Shown here one piece after another: positions 12,000 to 24,244 of a stretch of DNA of 64,000 bases. The notes beneath the pieces were generated by a model that was given only the letters and a program-made list of their open reading frames with translations, was not told the origin of the DNA and did not search any database. Positions within the stretch are counted from its first letter, which is position 1. Each line of letters opens with the position of its first letter. Made by a program: the position numbers and the translations under genes. This DNA is from Octopus bimaculoides (taxonomy: Eukaryota), in assembly GCF_001194135.2 (NCBI RefSeq), contig NC_068982.1, positions 113,427,690 to 113,491,689 on the forward strand. Direction: 5' to 3'.

Positions 12000-13560
12000 T
12001 TTGTGCAAGATTTGATTAGCGGATTGTCATGAATTGCAAAGGATCCTCTAGGAAGCAGAACATTAAGGGTTAATGAGAACAAAGCACACTGTTTGAAAAT
12101 ATTGATACGATCCGGACGGTTTATCTTGTTGAAAGCGATATAATAAACATCGCTGCAAGGCAGTAATTGAAGCATTGATACTCAAGTTTAGCACACATAT
12201 TTCAAGATGCTATTGCTCACAAATGCATGCCGTTAAAGGTAAATTTACACCTTTAACGCCTGCGTGTATGTAGAAGTTGTTTGGGGTGTTTGTGTGTAAG
12301 TGCAATGTGGATTTATAAGTAAATACGTAGAGAAATGGAGGATTTTTCAATGAGAGTGGTACATAGATACCATATTTGCTCGTGTGTTGCGTATTTGAAA
12401 ATATCATATTGTTAGGGTTGATTCTCTTCTTGATAATAGACCAGAAGTTACGGTTGTGATAAAATGTCTTCTGTGCTAGTGATTGTCTTACGAACATTTA
12501 TAAGATGTTGAGCTAAGATTTGTTTGAAGAGAAATATTTGAGTGCTTTCCCAATATTTTTTCAGACACTATCCATCACAGTGCTTGGTTTTATTTAACGG
12601 CATTTGAACTGGTAAAAATGGGTAGATTCGTTTTTTGTTTTTTTGTTTTTTTTTTTGTTTTGTTTTGTTTTTTGTAGGAAGCAATCTACATCTTTATTTT
12701 TATTAACAACACAACTGCGAGTAAGTCCTTTCAGATTTTGGATTTACTAGCCTTTGTAGAGTGAGAAATATGAATGGGTGTAATTATGAGGATGGCATAC
12801 GTCACGCGATTAGATGTCTCGGGTGTGTTAAAGAAAAGGAATTGTTGATGAGAAACTGATGTTTCTGTATAAATGAATTAGAATATTAGAATGTTTGGAT
12901 TCAAGAATATGAGAATATTAGATACAGGATTTTGATCTTGCAATAACCAGATTCTCCGACGAGAAGAGATATATGTTAAAGCTGGTCTGAAGGAGAAAAA
13001 GAGTTCAAGAAAGTCTGGACTTTCGATATTTTGGTCACTCTCCTGGTAGTTAGGGTATTAACGAGTGTAGATCAATAGAACTTGATGGTGTTTCAGCCAT
13101 TAGATCATCAGCATTGGTGTGAGTGAGTGGGAGAGCTAAAGAGATGCCATGCATTTAGGTCAACGAGAGTAACGTCGTCTGACAAAAAGTGGGGACAGAG
13201 ATAGGTAAAACGGCATGCCTACTGGTGGAGTAGCAAATCAGTAGATTTATCTAAGAGAAGTGATACATAAAAAATATTAACCAGAATAACTGAAAGATGT
13301 GTGAGATGGCTGACAGACAGGTAGAATATTTTTAACGTAATCACGAACACTAGTACTTTTAATACAATGGAGGATGTAACATGACCAGTAAATATTGATT
13401 AATGGGAGAGGATCGGAAAATATAAAAACTCATATTTCACGCCCGTCGAAACTTCCGGGTAGAATCCAGGTTGAAACAAAGATGTAGTAGAAAAAGAATT
13501 GATCAACAGATTATTTCTCACTCATTCTTTTAAAGTTGTTAAACCACATAGATTTATTTT
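12000..13560 (-). mobile_element. Decayed CR1/Jockey-group LINE (APE plus start of RT)
   Basis: Degenerate DLNAWH (cf. GDFNAHH) near 13170 and RNFWSIIK near 12440. Heavily interrupted. Confidence 0.45.
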
Positions 13561-14775
13561 TTTCCGCAAAACTTCATGTCTGAAACTATCAGAATCATAC
13601 GGAATGGTGTGACCGTCTCAGGTTTTTTATACTGAAAGCACAATTTTATTATTTTTAGATATAGCAGTGAATTTGCCCTATTCTTAAACTTCATATTTCA
13701 TATATATATTACGAATGCTTGAGAGAAAATAAATGCGTTATTACTTTTTTTAGTGAGAGGAACACAGAAATTTTAAAAGAAAAGAAATTTTAGGTCGCCA
13801 TATTGAAGTCTTTGCCAACAACGTAAGGGACGTAAAAGATATGCAATGATTCTAAACAATAAAATTGTTTCGCATTCGTGACTCCCTGGATGATTACATT
13901 TTCTTCGAAGCAATTTTTCATAAATATATGAAATTATCGAAAACACAAAATCATTATTGAATTTTGAAGCTTTTTGGTTGTTTTTCTGGGGAATAAAAAA
14001 AGGAACAGTATTTCCAATATAATAGTTTGTTAACTGTTAGATGGTAGTTTAAATTTTTGTTGCTGTAATTCCCATAAGACACAATTTAAAAGAAAGAAAA
14101 GCAATTCCAACAAATTCTTTGAAATATTCAAGAAATATATTTAGAAATATCTGCGAAATAATATATTTAGAACAATTATCAAAAATCTTATTAATATCTT
14201 TATCTTTATTTTTATTCGACATTACAAAGAGAATCCTGATAAAATTATCCAATTCTAAATAAAGTACACATCTTTATATCTCAGTTCAAAATGAGAAAAA
14301 GCACTTTGTAGAGTTACTAGATTTATATATTATTGATTTTGTCCGAGATAAATAACTAAGAACGATAAAAGTGTCAACAAGATGTGACAGACAATTAAAG
14401 TTTTCCATTTCTATGTGTATGGGAGAAATTATGCTTGTATATGTCTTTGTCTGCTACTTGTGTATGTGTGTATGTTTGTTCTATTGATAAATTATCCTTT
14501 TATTTATTAACGATTGGACCTTCTAATGATATCCCAGGCTACTTCCTGTGTTATTTTCTCTCTCTTTCTCACAGACACGCTCTCAGATACACGCATACAA
14601 ACATACACACACTACACTCACAATATACCACACACATAGCACAAAATACACAAGTGATCACGCACACATATATATATAAGAATATATGTATGTAGGGAGA
14701 TATGTGTACTTGTAAGTATGTACGTATATTAGCATCTAGCTAAATATGTAAGTTTGTATGTAGGTATGTCCAATA

Positions 14776-14891
<116 letters not shown>

Positions 14892-16444
14892 ATGTACATT
14901 GTGTCTGCTGATCTAAACTGCCAGAACCACAAATGTTGAGTTGGTAGTAGACAACAAAATTTGTGTTCAAAATAATTTGATGATTTAATTTTATAAATAT
15001 ATTAACGCGATGTGTGCGAGACACACTGAGACCGATATACATTTTATCAAATAGCAGAAATTTACACCGCCTCCCCAATATTTCTCTATTTCTATCTCTC
15101 CTCTCTTTTTCTCTCTTTGAGCTTAAATACAGAGTTTCAACGAAAGAACCGATGGTTTTGACACAAAGGAATATCAGCATTTCAATATTGCCTTCCTGAT
15201 TTTCAATTTAGAGTTTACAAAAAATAGAAAAATATTTTAATTGAAAATTGTGAAATCATATGAAAAAGCTTTTATTTTTGTAATATTTTGAAGATATTTT
15301 CTCGTTATTTTCATAAATCTGATTAGTCTCCTGGCGAAAAATTTCTGAAGAATGCTTGTATTTTGTGCCTGATGTCCAAGTTATTCTATGTAAACGCAGA
15401 CAATAATTCTACAGTTAGTCTACAAGTTTTTATCTAATCGTCTTGCTATCCAATTTATGTTTCTCGCGTCACATAATTTAAGAATTTCCTGTTCTTTTGG
15501 CTGCCAATTATGTAAGTCAATATTCATTATAACTAACATACCTTCTACGCTATTTATATTACAGCTCCTTCAACAGCAAGTTGAAAGTATCAATAAATAC
15601 TTTGGAACAAATTTTCTGATTATATTTCCTGAACGTTCCAACAGAGAAACAACAAAAATGTCGGTTATATTAAATGCTATGACCTACTTACATTACTAAG
15701 GAGACAGTAAGTTATTTTAAATGTTAATTGACATAAGAAATATTTTATAATTAGTGTTTCAAAGTTTAAGTTTGAAGATAACCCATGGGTTATATTGCCT
15801 TCTCCCCTCTCTTTACCAATCTTGGAGACCTTCGGAGCGTATGAAGGCTCGTTCCTCTCTGACGAAGTTATGAAAATAAAGAATCTTTTATGATCAAATT
15901 CGACCTCTGCCTTACAACGAAATCCATTCATCACGCAGGAGTGTTATTAGTGATGCTTAGATTTTTCTTACGGTGGAATTAGATTCATGAGTCAGGTCAT
16001 ATCACCAGTTTGTTATCAACATTCTATACTGTTTTCGCTTGATGATCAAGTATATCAATTATAGTTGCAATGTGACTACAGTTATGTTTATATTAATGAG
16101 TCCACCAACGAGTTTCTTATTTACTTCGGTATTCAGTTATTTACTTATTTCCTCTGACATTGATAATAAAAGCAACAAATTTATATTTCGCAAATCCCTT
16201 TAAATACGTTGTTCTATTTTAGCTTCTTGATTAAGCAAACCTTTAATGAAAGGTATTCAAGACCTGTCTATCAAAACATTGTTTAAAATCAAGTATATCT
16301 TGGTTTACATATACTGGAGTATATCGTAGAATTATTTGTCATTCTTTTCTATATTTAAAGATTATAATTTACTAGCATAGCACGGTACATTGGTTCATGG
16401 TGCCTATCCACGCCTGTACATACATATTTTGTCTTTTATCTTCT

Positions 16445-16672
16445 TTCTATTTCAGTTATTAGTCTGCAGCCATGTAATATACAGATTTGGGGGACGAATC
16501 GACATCAACACTTATTTTTTAAGCCTGGTACTAATTCTATTGGACATTTTGCCGAACCGCTAGTTTACGGGGAAGAAAGCAAACACACACAGAGAGGGCT
16601 TCCTTCAGTTTCCGACTTCCAAATCCATTCACAAGGCTTCGGTTGCCCCGAGGCTGTAGTGTGAATAAGCAC
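16445..16672 (-). mobile_element. tRNA-derived SINE, family B (decayed)
   Basis: caaatccattcacaaggcttcggttgccccgaggctg core is shared with 61690-62070. Other family-B remnants lie at about 10560-10700, 18570-18735, 31455-31600, 46057-46190 and 61270-61600. Confidence 0.65.
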
Positions 16673-19600
16673 CAAACTTCTTACCTCACAGCCATACACA
16701 CACGCATATATATATATATGCATCCATACTTACACTCATATATACGCATATACATGCATACATGTATGTATGTATGTACGTATGTATGTATGTGTTTCGT
16801 GAACGATGTCTTGAAAAAAAAAGAGTAGAATATTTTATTTCGTGTATATTTACATACACATGTGTGTACATATGTGAAATTATTAAAGAAAATATTATTT
16901 ACGTTAAAAATTTGCACAGCGACTTCAGAGTAAAACCTTTCACTACAGGTCGCCTGTTTTTAGCGTCTCTGACCGTCCCTCACTGTCACTCCGTTGGCTA
17001 TTTTAGTTTCTCTCAACCAGCATGATCGACAGGGCACAAATTGTCTTTCATTATACATAAGCTTATTCTGAACTAATTAGAAATGACACGGCAAGTCATG
17101 TGGCATGTTATTAATTGAAAAAATAAATACCTAATAATATCAGTTGATATTTTTTTATTGAAAGACACTTTCACAGGAACTTTGCAGATCTAATTTGAAA
17201 GCAAGTTTACTGTGGAGGAAACTATATTTTACATTCATTATTAAGTTGCTTTTTTATATACTTTATTTGTCACTAAATTCTATCGAAATATGTTAAGACA
17301 CTATGCGTCATTCTTTTATCTAACTCAATGTTCTTGGTTTAAATGCCATAAAGATATGAATACATATTGGTATTCGTATTTTGAAAGTCGGGCGTGTCAT
17401 ATGTTATTTTTCCAATTTGATGTTTTTACTTCTTTTCTACAGTATTGGAAAGTCATAGTGATATTTACAAACTTGACGTATTGTATGGCGTGCTTTCAAA
17501 CATTAATAGCAAGAGACGATAATCAGTAATGAAGAAGTAAATAAACCATTTCAGGTGTTTAAAATTTCAATAAACCACTGCTGCCATGTCTACTACAGTC
17601 AGAAAGGATGAGAGCAAATTTCAAATCTCAGTATGTCACTGAGTAATATGAATAGACTTAATTAACAAACAAAATCCCTTTTTTTCTAAGTACAATTTTT
17701 GTAAGGTTAACACTACATTCAATATACTTTTTAAAAAAATTGTTCTCAGCGATAATGTTATTTTCAAGAGTTCATGACCTGTGCTTTATATTCTTATTAA
17801 CACAAACCTTTGTATTTTATTCCATTATTTATGGCAGCCAAGATTCACTGTAAGACAGCTTTTTTTTCCAGCAATAGATCTTTAACAATAGGATATCTGG
17901 AAGATATCTATTGAATAAAATTGTTTAAGCGCTTAATATTAAGAACTGAAAAAAGTGATTATTACTTAGATTATAAAAGCTATAACTGATAATGTCACCA
18001 AAAAAAAACGGCATTTGTTTTCATATTTCTATTCATGAAATTAAGACTGTTTTTCCCTCTCATTAAGAGGTTATATTTTCAATATGGAACGAAAATTTCT
18101 TTAGTGAAACTCACCATCATATATGGTACACTTTCTTGTGCTTCTTAACTGATAAAAACATATGTACACGCGTGCGCGAGTATAAGTGTGCCCTGCATAT
18201 ACATGAGTATATAGATATAATGATAGACACGATAATGGCAAAGGAAAATGTAAATCACATTGATAAATAAATATGTGATCATCAGACACCCTAGAAGACA
18301 CAACACACAGAAACATGTGTGCATGCGATTGTGTGTGTACGTGTGTTTGCGTGTGGGATTTGCGCGCGCGCGATGTTGCTTTGAAGCTGCCTTGGCTGTC
18401 AGTAAAGTCTATTAAATATAACCCTATATAACCGCACATGTATTACTATATTTTGTTCTTTTTTCTTTTTAGTGTGAGACAGGTAAGCGTGACCAAATTC
18501 CTGTGAGCGGGTCTATGCATGTTTGAGAGAGTATATGTGTGCGTGCACACGTATATGAGTGCGAAAATAAGTGTGTGCCTTAGAATTTCGCTTCACCACT
18601 ACTTATTCCAAGATTGATCCCCCTGTATGGCACTTTGAACATATGTCTTCTACCATATACTTGGTGCGACCAATAACTTGTGGGAAGAATTCGGTAGCTG
18701 GAAACTGTGCGGAAGCTCCTCGTTTGCACACGCATGTTCTACACATAGCATTACATTAAGTCTTATCGAGGTATTTTTCACTAAAGTGCCGAAATAAATA
18801 TCCATATGAATTATGAACTATACGTAGCACTGACATTGAGTTTCTACAATAAACGAATAATCTGTGAGAACCACATTCTGATACAAGTTATAAAGGTGTC
18901 GTAATTTTTGCAGCTGTTCTGCAAACCGGTAAGTGTGATGTGATTCATGTTCAATTTGGTCTCTACAACGATAACATTGACGTCATATTCAACAGAACTG
19001 AGTGGGCGTTTTAAACTAAGCTTTGTTGATAAGACGCAGTACGATTGGCAAATAGATGAGAGATGAGTGTGTAAGATGGAGTTGAATGAAGACTAGTTCA
19101 ACAGATCAGAGGCTATGGTAATAACGAGACAAGAGAGTAAAGAATTAGAAGTTGAAGCGTCTTAGAGCAAGTGGGTGTTTCATGTAGATAAATTAATCTT
19201 TACCAGTGATTCAAATGATTTTCTTTTGAATGTGGCCAAGACTATTAATGTGTAAATTCGAATCCATATATGTAATAAATATTTCAATACGGATACCACT
19301 TAAATTTTGTTGAATATCAGCAACTTATGAAGTATAAAACAGTTTTGGTCCTGAAAAGGAGGAAACTGATGAAATATGAAACATTTTCTGGTCCTGGAGA
19401 GGAGACTTAATGCTTGGCACGCAATTTTGGTGAAGCTATAGAGCACCAGTTAAAGACAATTAGAGGATATGTTGTTTCTCATAAGAGTAAAACAACCTAA
19501 AGGTTATTAAATTTCCTTCGTGTAAAGACATAAACCGCCATGTACTATCTTCAAAATTCCACACTCTACGATTCTAGATAAGATACACACAGAATAATTA

Positions 19601-19719
19601 AATTCTAGTTATATACCTTCAAATGTACAAAGAATGAAACGGTTATGGCTGAAATGCCAATATAGGTTTTTTTTATATTCTGAACACACCGAGGGCTAAA
19701 AGTCATCAATAATATACTC

Positions 19720-20830
19720 GCTAAGGAGACGCTCTTCTCTTTCACTCCAACTCAACACTGGATTTTGTAATACTGAGTTTCTTGTGATGTGATACAGTAA
19801 CAGTGGAAGATGGATGCGAGACGAGATAGAGCAATTCATAAATAATAAAGTTAACTGCTCTGACCCTGCCTACTTCGTTTCAACGTCTTCAATTTCAACA
19901 TCTGAAAAGTTATAGAACAACCGGAAAACAAATCATCCACTTCATTACTATGAGTCCTTTTCCATAGTCAGAGAACAAGATCTACCAAAACCTTGCTCCC
20001 CTACATTACACATCAGAGATGAAGGCAATGTTGCTTTAAACATAAGGAAAGCCTTCAATGTGTCTAACACGAAACATGATTCGATAATCTACGCCATCTG
20101 TTAGTCATTCTTGAGATCAAAATTTTCCTGTCACAATATTCTGTTGTAGTGAACACTATGTTCACTTCCATCAAATTTCACTCAACTCCATTATGCTTTT
20201 ATGTTCAACTCAACTATGCCGCTCACTCTCTTCTTCATATTAATAACTTAAATGCTGTTTCTATTTACATATAACACAAGGTGAACGATTTCATCTTCCC
20301 TCTTCTTTAACCTACCAGTAACAGTTGCCATCTTCGTGCATTCTAGACACCTGATGTTAGATCTACACAAAACGTTGTACAATAGAGATATAGTAGAATT
20401 TTTTCCACAAATATACAATTGTTAAAGGTAACTAGGAAACAGTCTTCTATCTCACTGAAAAATGCTCGCACATTTTGTATACTACTTTTACTACACGCAT
20501 ATTATATCCCAATGAGAATCCATTTGACTAAATGAAAAGTAGTCTCTAACTCCCCACATCCGTTATGTCACAGACGCACCACTCTGTCTGGTTGTCCCCA
20601 GTAATGCTACAACAATGGCATCTGCTCCATTAAACTAACAAAATCTATATCATTTATACTGTCCCACCTTGAGGGTTCTACATTAAATATTTTGACTAAC
20701 ACACCTGCTCTTTATTAGAAACCAGCTACTTATGAAATTTTGAAGATTTGTCATCTTGAAAAGTTTACAATTGATAGTCAACTGCAACAACGATCTTACC
20801 ACATTGTAGAAGAGAGCGTTTCAAAGGTCA
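19720..20830 (+). mobile_element. Decayed CR1/Jockey-group LINE RT region
   Basis: NCSDPAY (cf. DRSDPSNY) and VALNIRKAFN (cf. VALDISKAFD) at about 20027-20058. Confidence 0.6.
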
Positions 20831-22404
20831 TGAGCCTGTCCCTTTTTCTCTCACTAGTAAACAAACAAAAATAAATGACGTGGAAACACTCAATTCTTAA
20901 CGAAAACTAAGTATATAATATATCTTCTCTTATGAATCTGAAGTAGTTTTCCACTATGTGAATGCGCGTGTATGTATATATATATATATTATGTGTGTGT
21001 ATGTGCCCGCGCATATAACATTTACAGCAGTATCTTGATTAATGTATATATGCATTAATCGGTGTGGATGTCTATATATATATGTGAGAATACTGAATGG
21101 GTTAGACATGTATTTATATACACAAACAAAAGTGTGTATGTGTAAGTGAAGTAGTGGATGCGTGTGAATGTGTGTGAAGGAGTGTGTGTGTGTGTGTGTG
21201 TGACTAGATGAGTAAGTATACATGTATCTAGGCATATATGTTTATATGTTGATATCTTGATGTGCTTTATACATACGTCTTAAGTATGATGTGATTGTTT
21301 ACACGCCCCTGTCTTGAAATCTATCATATATCAGCATGAAGTTCTACTTTAAAATATCTTGTTGAGAATCTATGCGACTATCTTTAAATCTATTTTTGAA
21401 GTTCTTTGCGATCAGATACGCATCACTGGCCATTCTACTCTCGCTGCCTGTTAAAAGAAATACATAGTCTCACACATGGATGCTTATCAAAGATTCACTA
21501 CTGTCAGAATACGCTCTATTTCTCACTTATCTTCTTTGGAGATTATGCTAGACATGGCTGCCCGACCAACTGATGCTAGGAAGGTGTAAGCTTGTGTATA
21601 CGTCAGTCTGCAACAAAGAAAATAAATACTGATCGAGAAATACGCATGCTAGTCTATACGTTAGTAGAACTGACTACTATAAATCGAAAGCAGAAGTTAT
21701 AAGAAAAATTGCCGTTCAAGGGAAACAGCCAAAAAATTATTATTACAACGAGAATAGCTTCTCAGAATTTACTCTGCAAAAATACATGCATTCGTTCCCT
21801 TTCAATGTAACATCCGACTTTCTCATTTTTCTTGTCACGTTCAGAAGGTATAAAATTCGAGTTTCCTATATTTATGGCAGTGATTATAGCGTATTGTATA
21901 AGTTAGATACCTTGTGGTAGAGTCTATCAATTATTTCAGCTTTCTGGAAATCAATTTTGTGTTTCATATCTAAAGTGCATAAGTTTGGACAGATAGCAAA
22001 ATAATCAATGCAACTGTGATTTCACTTTTACTCAGCTCCATTTGATATCAATATTATATTATCTATACACATACTTACATCAGTTTCAATAGAAGATATG
22101 CAAATTCTTGAATGACTCTTGTTTAGGGAGTGTACCAGGTTGAGATTTTATGTCTATATTTACTAAACTAGAATACTGAACTACTAACGCTTTAGCAGTA
22201 TATACGTTTACATAGCAAACAACGTATTTCTGTTTTGCATGATGGTGTTCTTTAGCACAATGTAGACATGTTGATTATTAAGTAATTTTGATAAGGAAAC
22301 AAACTGACTCTACAGAATAAATGTATTAACGTGACTCCTAAGGTCAGCAATAATACAATTAGTAACCAAATTTTCTTCGCTAACAATTAATAATGGACTA
22401 ATCA

Positions 22405-22792
22405 ATAATCGTGGAGGCACAATGGCCCAGTGGTTACAGCAGCGGACTCGCGGGCATAGGATTGCGGTTTCGATTCCCAGACCGGGCGTTGTAAGTGCTT
22501 ATTGAGCTACAACACCTGAAGCTCCACGAGGCTCCGGCAGGGGATGCTGGCGAACCTTGCTGTATTCTTTCACGACAACTTTCTCTCACTCTTACTTCCT
22601 GTTTCTGTAGTGCCTGTAATTCGAAGGGTAGCCTTGTCACACTGTGTCACACTGAATATCCCCGAGAACTACGTTAAGGGTACACGTGTCTGTGGAGTGC
22701 TCAGCCACTTGCACGTTAATTTCATGAGCAGGCTGTTCCGTTGATCGGATCAACTGGAACCCTCGACGTCGTAAGCGACGGAGTGCCAACAG
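22405..22792 (+). mobile_element. tRNA-derived SINE, family C (near full length)
   Basis: A-box TGGCCCAGTGG, B-box GGTTTCGATTCC, 3' end cgacggagtgccaaca with a short (AAC)-like tail. Confidence 0.8.
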
Positions 22793-23207
22793 CAGAATCA
22801 ATAATCATATATTGTTCATTGTAGAAAACATTGATCACGAATTGAACACATTACTATTAGACGAACATCTGTCTCAGAAATTCTTTAAAACTATGAACAT
22901 GGGAATAATATGTGCTAAACCTTTAAATCGCTGGGAAATTCAGGTTCTGAAGTTCAATTCTGTTATAAAGTAGATCATCGTCCACTTGTATGTTATTGTC
23001 GGCACTGTAATATTCTTATCGCCACTATTATGTTGTGGCGGTATTCCGCATCTTATTATCTTTGACTCGTCTATCATGCTATCGTTGATAGCTCCGCAAG
23101 ACAATGACTGTGAAACGTCTACCTCGACGGTAACTCGAACTCATATGTATCACGTAACTGATACTAACTCCAAATGAGAACTCGCACAGGGACTCTACTA
23201 CTTCTGA

Positions 23208-24235
23208 ATTTCTTTATTGGCCACACAGGGCCTAACACAGAAGGGACAAACAAGGACAGGCAAAATACAAAAGTGGGGAAAAATAAAATCGAACAAAAAG
23301 AATGGTAATGATAAATGAAAAAGTAGAACGACGTCAACTCGAAACCCACACTTCAGATAATGTCATTAAACATTTTTAGAAAGAGTTTTTCAACAGTTAA
23401 TTTATTTTTGTCTTTTTGTTCTTGCTGTGAGTTGCTTGTGTTGTATATTCAGTGTTTTTTTTGCGGGGTGGGGGTTTAACTTTTTTTGCTGTCTGTGTTT
23501 GTAATGTTTTTGTCTGCGTTTGTATCTGTTCCTGTGCGTTTATTATTTGTGTGTTACCTGTGCTGTATATTCACAGTTTTTTGGGGGGATGGCTTTTTTC
23601 CCTTCTGCTGTCTGCGTTTCTATCTGTTTTTGTGCATTCGTTTTTAAGCTTTTTGTGTTTCCTCGAGGAAGAGAACGAGAACTCTTTTTTTCCTCTTCCT
23701 CCCTGCAACTGACCATTCCTTCTCACTTACTTCTGTAGATGTGGACGTTCCAGCTTCCTTCGGTGCGCAATTCTCCTTCTCCACTGTCTTCTCCACCTCT
23801 TTCTGCTTCTCTTTCTCCTCAGCTGGAGCTTTCTCGTGAGGCTTCTCTTGCTGTTCCATTTGTTCATCCTTTTTTTTTTCTTTTTGCTTCATGTTGAAAG
23901 GTTTGGGGGCACGTTTTCTTTATGTTCTCCTTCAGTCCGCACTTGAAACATCTTGGTATTCTTCTCTGGACCGAGACTCTCAGTTTTGTCTCATCCGGTA
24001 AAATTATAAATTCTGGAATTTCATCTAGTTCTGCTGGTGTGGCTTGAATTGTCGCCCGAAGACTCCCGCCACACCAGTTCTATACTTTTTTCTCCTCTGT
24101 ACTTTTTTTCTCCTGATTTTGGAGTAAGCGGCTGCCAAAAGCCACGCCGATCTAATATCCCATCCTCCGACATAATTATCTCTCCTCTTTTCATCGCCTC
24201 AACTGTGCCTTAACTTCCCCACAAACAAGGACTTA
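23208..24235 (-). mobile_element. L1/Tx1-like element carrying only ORF1 (gag-like, degenerate zinc knuckle) and a 3' end; 5'-truncated
   Basis: LDEIPEFIILPDETKLRVSVQRRIPRCFKCGLKENIKKTCP (knuckle at 23906-23950, CX2CX4[H>N]X4C), a charged tail ending WSVAGRKRKK, then about 430 nt to AATAAA at 23213-23218. Confidence 0.6.
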
Positions 24236-24244
24236 ATTGAAAGA

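Noticed and set aside
15510-15712. Overlapping mini-intron and exon signals on both strands (minus exon 15542-15628; plus 53-nt gtaagt...ctaac...acag)
   Set aside because: Stops in all minus frames, and the strand cannot be decided without transcripts.
18115-18148. Minus-strand 34-nt exon candidate (tttttatcag|...ATG|gtgagt)
   Set aside because: Good sites, but no frame-compatible partner; it could be UTR or chance.
18473-18482. Plus-strand 10-nt microexon (long Y-tract TAG|TGTGAGACAG|gtaagc); similar hits at 18914-18928, about 41940-41966 and 42481-42503
   Set aside because: No plus-strand coding exons to anchor them, and gtaagy-type matches are frequent by chance in AT-rich DNA.
22405-22480. 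tRNA gene
   Set aside because: A and B boxes are present, but the sequence continues into a SINE body with no cloverleaf or terminator.
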